Below are positions 60,745 through 64,000 of a stretch of DNA of 64,000 nucleotides, one piece after another (the first letter of the stretch is position 1; the number at the start of each line of letters is the position of its first letter). Below the pieces are notes generated by a model. The model was not told where the DNA came from and ran no database searches. It saw only the letters and a list, made by a program, of their open reading frames with translations. Source of the DNA: a virus; IMG/VR virus record IMGVR_UViG_3300045988_167206, positions 1 to 64,000 of that record. One strand, written 5' to 3'. Both the position numbers and the translations under genes were made by a program.

Positions 60745-61449
60745 TTAAGCAATTCTTTGCCAAATATAAACACAAAAGAATGGAGGCATATTGTTATGTG
60801 CTGTACCACTTCCATTTGTACCAGTAGTTGATGCTTTTGTCGTAATGGTATGAGTATGAGCACCATTAGAGTTGGCAGTACCAACTGTACCACTTACTTC
60901 ACCAGCTCCAGAATATGGAATTGCTGGATATGAATCATCATTTGCAAAAGTTGTATTAATGCATTTTTTTTTAATTGTTACATTGTGAGTATGAGCACCA
61001 TTATGAGCTGCACTACCACTTAAAGCAGGAATACTATGTGAATGAGATGGAAGATTGGCAGTTTTAAGAGATACCGAAGTTGAGCCGCCAGTTGCCCCAA
61101 CAGCATAAGTATCAGTTCCTGAATATCCATATAAAAATTTTCCATCAATTCTTTGCCAAGTTCCTCCAAAATAAACATGCATTTTTTCGGCAGTGCTTAA
61201 ATCTGGTGCGTTTGTAAGAACCGTTCCGTCTGGCTCGTAATTACACCATGTAAATATGTAACCAATAGGATAGGTGGCTTCAATTTTTTTATTTAATACA
61301 TTACCTTGATTTGCAGAAAGTGGAACTTTAGCAGACGTACTACTGCAATTATCTACGATATTAGCATTTTTAACAAATACCTGTCGTATTGTGATATAAA
61401 AATTTTCAAAACTTTGCAAAATTAATTCTCTTGGAGATTTCATTGCCAT
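60745..61449 (-). CDS. Tail-fibre protein with phage tail-collar domain
   Basis: Motifs LPSHSHS, GAHTHN, GAHTHT and the terminal HNNMPPF. Confidence 0.7.
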   Translation of the reverse strand: MAMKSPRELILQSFENFYITIRQVFVKNANIVDNCSSTSAKVPLSANQGNVLNKKIEATYPIGYIFTWCNYEPDGTVLTNAPDLSTAEKMHVYFGGTWQRIDGKFLYGYSGTDTYAVGATGGSTSVSLKTANLPSHSHSIPALSGSAAHNGAHTHNVTIKKKCINTTFANDDSYPAIPYSGAGEVSGTVGTANSNGAHTHTITTKASTTGTNGSGTAHNNMPPFFCVYIWQRIA

Positions 61450-62267
61450 TATAATTCCTCCTTGTGTTCATTAAAATCAACATCATTATTATTTTTAGAA
61501 GTTAAAGCCTCAAGATATTTCTGCACAACAAGCTGTGACTGTTCCATAATCATATTATAAGTTTCAAGATATTCTCCTGATAATTCAAAACCATAATTTA
61601 TAGATTCAACAGACTCTTTATCATCAAGAGTTTTGATATACATTTTGAGCTGATTTGTATAAGTTTGATTATGTGTAAGATTAGTCATTTCCTTAATGTA
61701 TAAAGTCGTGATTTCTTCTGGTGTAAACAATCTACAATTCTCCCCATCAGCATGATATGGCATATTCATTTGTGTAGCAATTGCAAGTTGAACGGCATTA
61801 AGTAAATTAGATTGATCTTCTGTTTTATAGGAAAATAATTTTACATCTCCATCAAGCTCCATATAAACTCCATGAATGATATTGAAATTACAAGCATTTG
61901 TTATTTCTTCGATCTTTTGTGCTTTTAATTCATCAAGAGTAAGTTCTCGTGAATCATCAGGTTCAATAGGAACGACAGGTTCTATAAGTTCAGATGATTT
62001 AAATATGCTGCCATCATTACTAAGTGAAAGAGTATTAGTTGTAATATCTTTTTGATAAACAGTATTAAATCCTTTGTATTTTCCTGATATTGAACCACCG
62101 CGTGTTAAAATATAAATAGTATCAAATGTAGACATATCTTCTAAAAGCAAAGATATGTCTACATTTTTATCGAATACAATCGTCATAATGTTAGAAAATA
62201 GTGAAATATTATCAAAATCATATATTTTATCATTTGACAGTTTGATTTTTTCTTTTAATATCGGCAT
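61449..62267 (-). CDS. Tail-fibre-associated protein (DUF4376-like; possible fibre assembly/chaperone)
   Basis: It lies between two fibre genes with a 1-nt overlap. The central segment KAQKIEEITNACNFNI..G....DG....FSYKTEDQSNLLNAV resembles DUF4376. Confidence 0.4.
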   Translation of the reverse strand: MPILKEKIKLSNDKIYDFDNISLFSNIMTIVFDKNVDISLLLEDMSTFDTIYILTRGGSISGKYKGFNTVYQKDITTNTLSLSNDGSIFKSSELIEPVVPIEPDDSRELTLDELKAQKIEEITNACNFNIIHGVYMELDGDVKLFSYKTEDQSNLLNAVQLAIATQMNMPYHADGENCRLFTPEEITTLYIKEMTNLTHNQTYTNQLKMYIKTLDDKESVESINYGFELSGEYLETYNMIMEQSQLVVQKYLEALTSKNNNDVDFNEHKEEL

Positions 62268-62301
62268 GTAAATAGCTCCTTTCTTTATTAATAAACACCG
62301 C

Positions 62302-64000
62302 CTATTCTATTATATCTATATCTGGAAGATCATCTTTTTCTATTTTAGTGATCATTTTTAAAAAATCATCTTTTGTAATTGTTACACTATCATCAAAATA
62401 TTTTACTAAAGTATCAAGATTGGATTTATCGTTTGTAGACATAAAGCCAGAAGTAGATGTGGTAACATTATTGTGATTATGACCAGAAGCAGCAGCACCT
62501 ATTTCATTCAACGACCATGAAACATCTGCAGAACCATTTACGGATTTTTTTGCATTACCAATAGTAATATTTCGTGCTGTTCCCCAATTCACGGTAGTAA
62601 TATCTGCAGATCCATTAAATGAAGTTCCATTGATTTTATGAGAATCTTTTAGAACAGTAGTTGTCCTGGCATTACCATTTAAAGAACCGTAAAAATTTGA
62701 AGCTACTACAGCGGCAGGAAATGTAACATTTTGGTTACTATCATATGAATAAATAGAACCATATCGGGCCATATTTGATGGAATTGTCCATCCAACACCG
62801 CCAAATCCCATTATACGTAAAACCTGTAAACCAAAATATTTTCCATCATTCCCAGAAGTACATCCAAATGTAAAACGAATTAAACCATATTGGCTACTAG
62901 GTGTATTTGCATAAGATCTAAATTTAGTTACATTAATAATATTCCAACCACTCCAACCAGAAATTTTTACCTTGTCTGCAAACGATACAAATGTACTAGG
63001 GGCTGATTCTAAAGAAGCATCAATCGTACAATAACATCCAGAGCTACCATTTGTAGAAACGTATAATGCAAATTTATTGAATTCAGTATAAACAGGAATT
63101 TTATCAGTATCTAATATAATTCTAAGCATGCATTTTTCATTAGCCATATTTTTACTATCTGACTTTCCAATTGCAAAACCAAAATCACCAGTACTTAATA
63201 TCGAACACTTTTGAGCATCAGTTGCTTCATAATTAAGCCAAGTTTTACCGCTATCACGAGAATATTCAATAGTTATTCCAGCAGGTTTACCAAAAGCTAA
63301 TCTATTCGCCCCTAAATCAGGAACCATAGCGGCATCAATACAACCAAAATCTCCAGAAAAATTTTTACCTCCCCATGATAAATAACTTTCTTTTACAGAA
63401 TCAATAGGAATACTTATATTTCCTGAACCATCGAAATTAGCTCCATTATTGGATATAGCCCCGCCAGATACTTTAATATTACGAGTAGTTGTTAATTTGT
63501 CTGCACGAACGGCTGCTAATGCACTTGTTGCAGTTTTTACAGATGCATTAGAAATATCTGAAATCTGTGAAATAGAATGAGTATGGGTAGAAGGTGTATA
63601 ACTTGTAGGTTTTCCAGTAATGTTTGTCCAATCAATACTTTCTGGTATTGCTACAATTTCTTCTGTAGCATTTGTTGGAAAATTTTCTTGGCGAGAAAAT
63701 AATGACATCCATGTAAGTTTTCCGCTTCTATCATTTAATGTTTTTTCAAAAAATTTTACTTCGTTCCATGGGACAACATGATACCATACTTCTAATTTAG
63801 AACATTTATTTACTTCGTCTTTATAAATGAACCCTTTAAGATTATCCTTTATAAAATCAGGACATAAACTATTAATTTTATACGAAATTTTAACATTATA
63901 AAAATAGGAATCACCATTATTTTGAATGTAAAATTTAATATAAGCAAATCCGTTATCTCTTTGAGCTATAGCAATTTCATAATTAAAATTTGCCCAGGCA
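62302..64000 (-). CDS. Tail fibre / receptor-binding protein, 5'-partial (continues beyond the window)
   Basis: The reading frame stays open upstream of the Met listed at 63708 all the way to the window edge (..AWANFNYEIAIAQRDNGFAYIKFY..TWMSLFSRQ..). Fibre-type repeats are present (NGTSFNGSADIT, VNGSADVS, HTHSISQISD, GFMS.NDKSNLD). Confidence 0.7.
   Translation of the reverse strand, partial: AWANFNYEIAIAQRDNGFAYIKFYIQNNGDSYFYNVKISYKINSLCPDFIKDNLKGFIYKDEVNKCSKLEVWYHVVPWNEVKFFEKTLNDRSGKLTWMSLFSRQENFPTNATEEIVAIPESIDWTNITGKPTSYTPSTHTHSISQISDISNASVKTATSALAAVRADKLTTTRNIKVSGGAISNNGANFDGSGNISIPIDSVKESYLSWGGKNFSGDFGCIDAAMVPDLGANRLAFGKPAGITIEYSRDSGKTWLNYEATDAQKCSILSTGDFGFAIGKSDSKNMANEKCMLRIILDTDKIPVYTEFNKFALYVSTNGSSGCYCTIDASLESAPSTFVSFADKVKISGWSGWNIINVTKFRSYANTPSSQYGLIRFTFGCTSGNDGKYFGLQVLRIMGFGGVGWTIPSNMARYGSIYSYDSNQNVTFPAAVVASNFYGSLNGNARTTTVLKDSHKINGTSFNGSADITTVNWGTARNITIGNAKKSVNGSADVSWSLNEIGAAASGHNHNNVTTSTSGFMSTNDKSNLDTLVKYFDDSVTITKDDFLKMITKIEKDDLPDIDIIE

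Noticed and set aside
60745-64000. Diversity-generating retroelement or phase-variable shufflon at the tail-fibre genes.
   Set aside because: There is no reverse transcriptase, no template/variable repeat pair and no invertase-type inverted repeats visible in this window. The internal amino-acid repeats are ordinary fibre repeats.

Overview
This window is an AT-rich stretch (about one-third G+C by eye) of a large temperate dsDNA phage or prophage. The host looks Gram-positive, Firmicutes/Clostridia-type. Evidence for that: three textbook TTGACA-N17-TATAAT promoters, GGAGG-type ribosome-binding sites (RBS), an LC3-type holin and a GH25+CHAP endolysin.

Layout: positions 1-57.3 kb form one uninterrupted + strand arm. 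Positions 58-64 kb are a convergent - strand lysis cassette plus tail-fibre genes, and the last fibre ORF runs off the window edge.

The + arm contains, in order:
- Small unknown genes and an IS110-like fragment.
- A tyrosine recombinase, a DGQHR-like protein and a degenerate recombinase-fold (MrpR/YopR-like) protein.
- NAD-dependent DNA ligase.
- A membrane/ion block: P-type Ca-type ATPase, TerF-like vWA protein, TerD protein and a PspA-like protein.
- A tRNA island (Gln-UUG, Leu-CAA, Met/Ile-CAU, plus two aberrant tRNA-like elements) embedded in more than 1 kb of ORF-free sequence.
- An RNA ligase.
- An SPbeta-like replication module: SSB-like protein, AAA_24 ATPase, DnaB-like helicase, primase, PD-(D/E)XK nuclease, DnaE-type polymerase and RecD-like helicase.
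- Nucleotide-metabolism genes: ThyX-like protein, guanylate-kinase-like protein, class II RNR and dUTPase.
- An SPFH/band-7 module.
- A dense NAD-centred cluster: nicotinamidase-like, Prs-like, Nampt-like and NadE proteins, a Pol-beta nucleotidyltransferase and a short PurA/PurZ-like adenylosuccinate synthetase.
- A second tyrosine integrase next to a GC-rich host ygiQ 3' fragment flanked by 23-bp direct repeats (probable attP).

Most notable observations:
1. A 19-nt element (AATAATGTAAAATTTRAAA) recurs at least 15 times, always on the + strand and in or at the edge of intergenic gaps.
2. The NAD reconstitution / PurZ-like cluster.
3. A phage-borne Ca-ATPase / TerD / vWA / PspA-like block.
4. 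The tRNA island, which may hold structured RNA and non-canonical tRNA-like elements.

All functional calls rest on motifs read by eye. No database search was possible.
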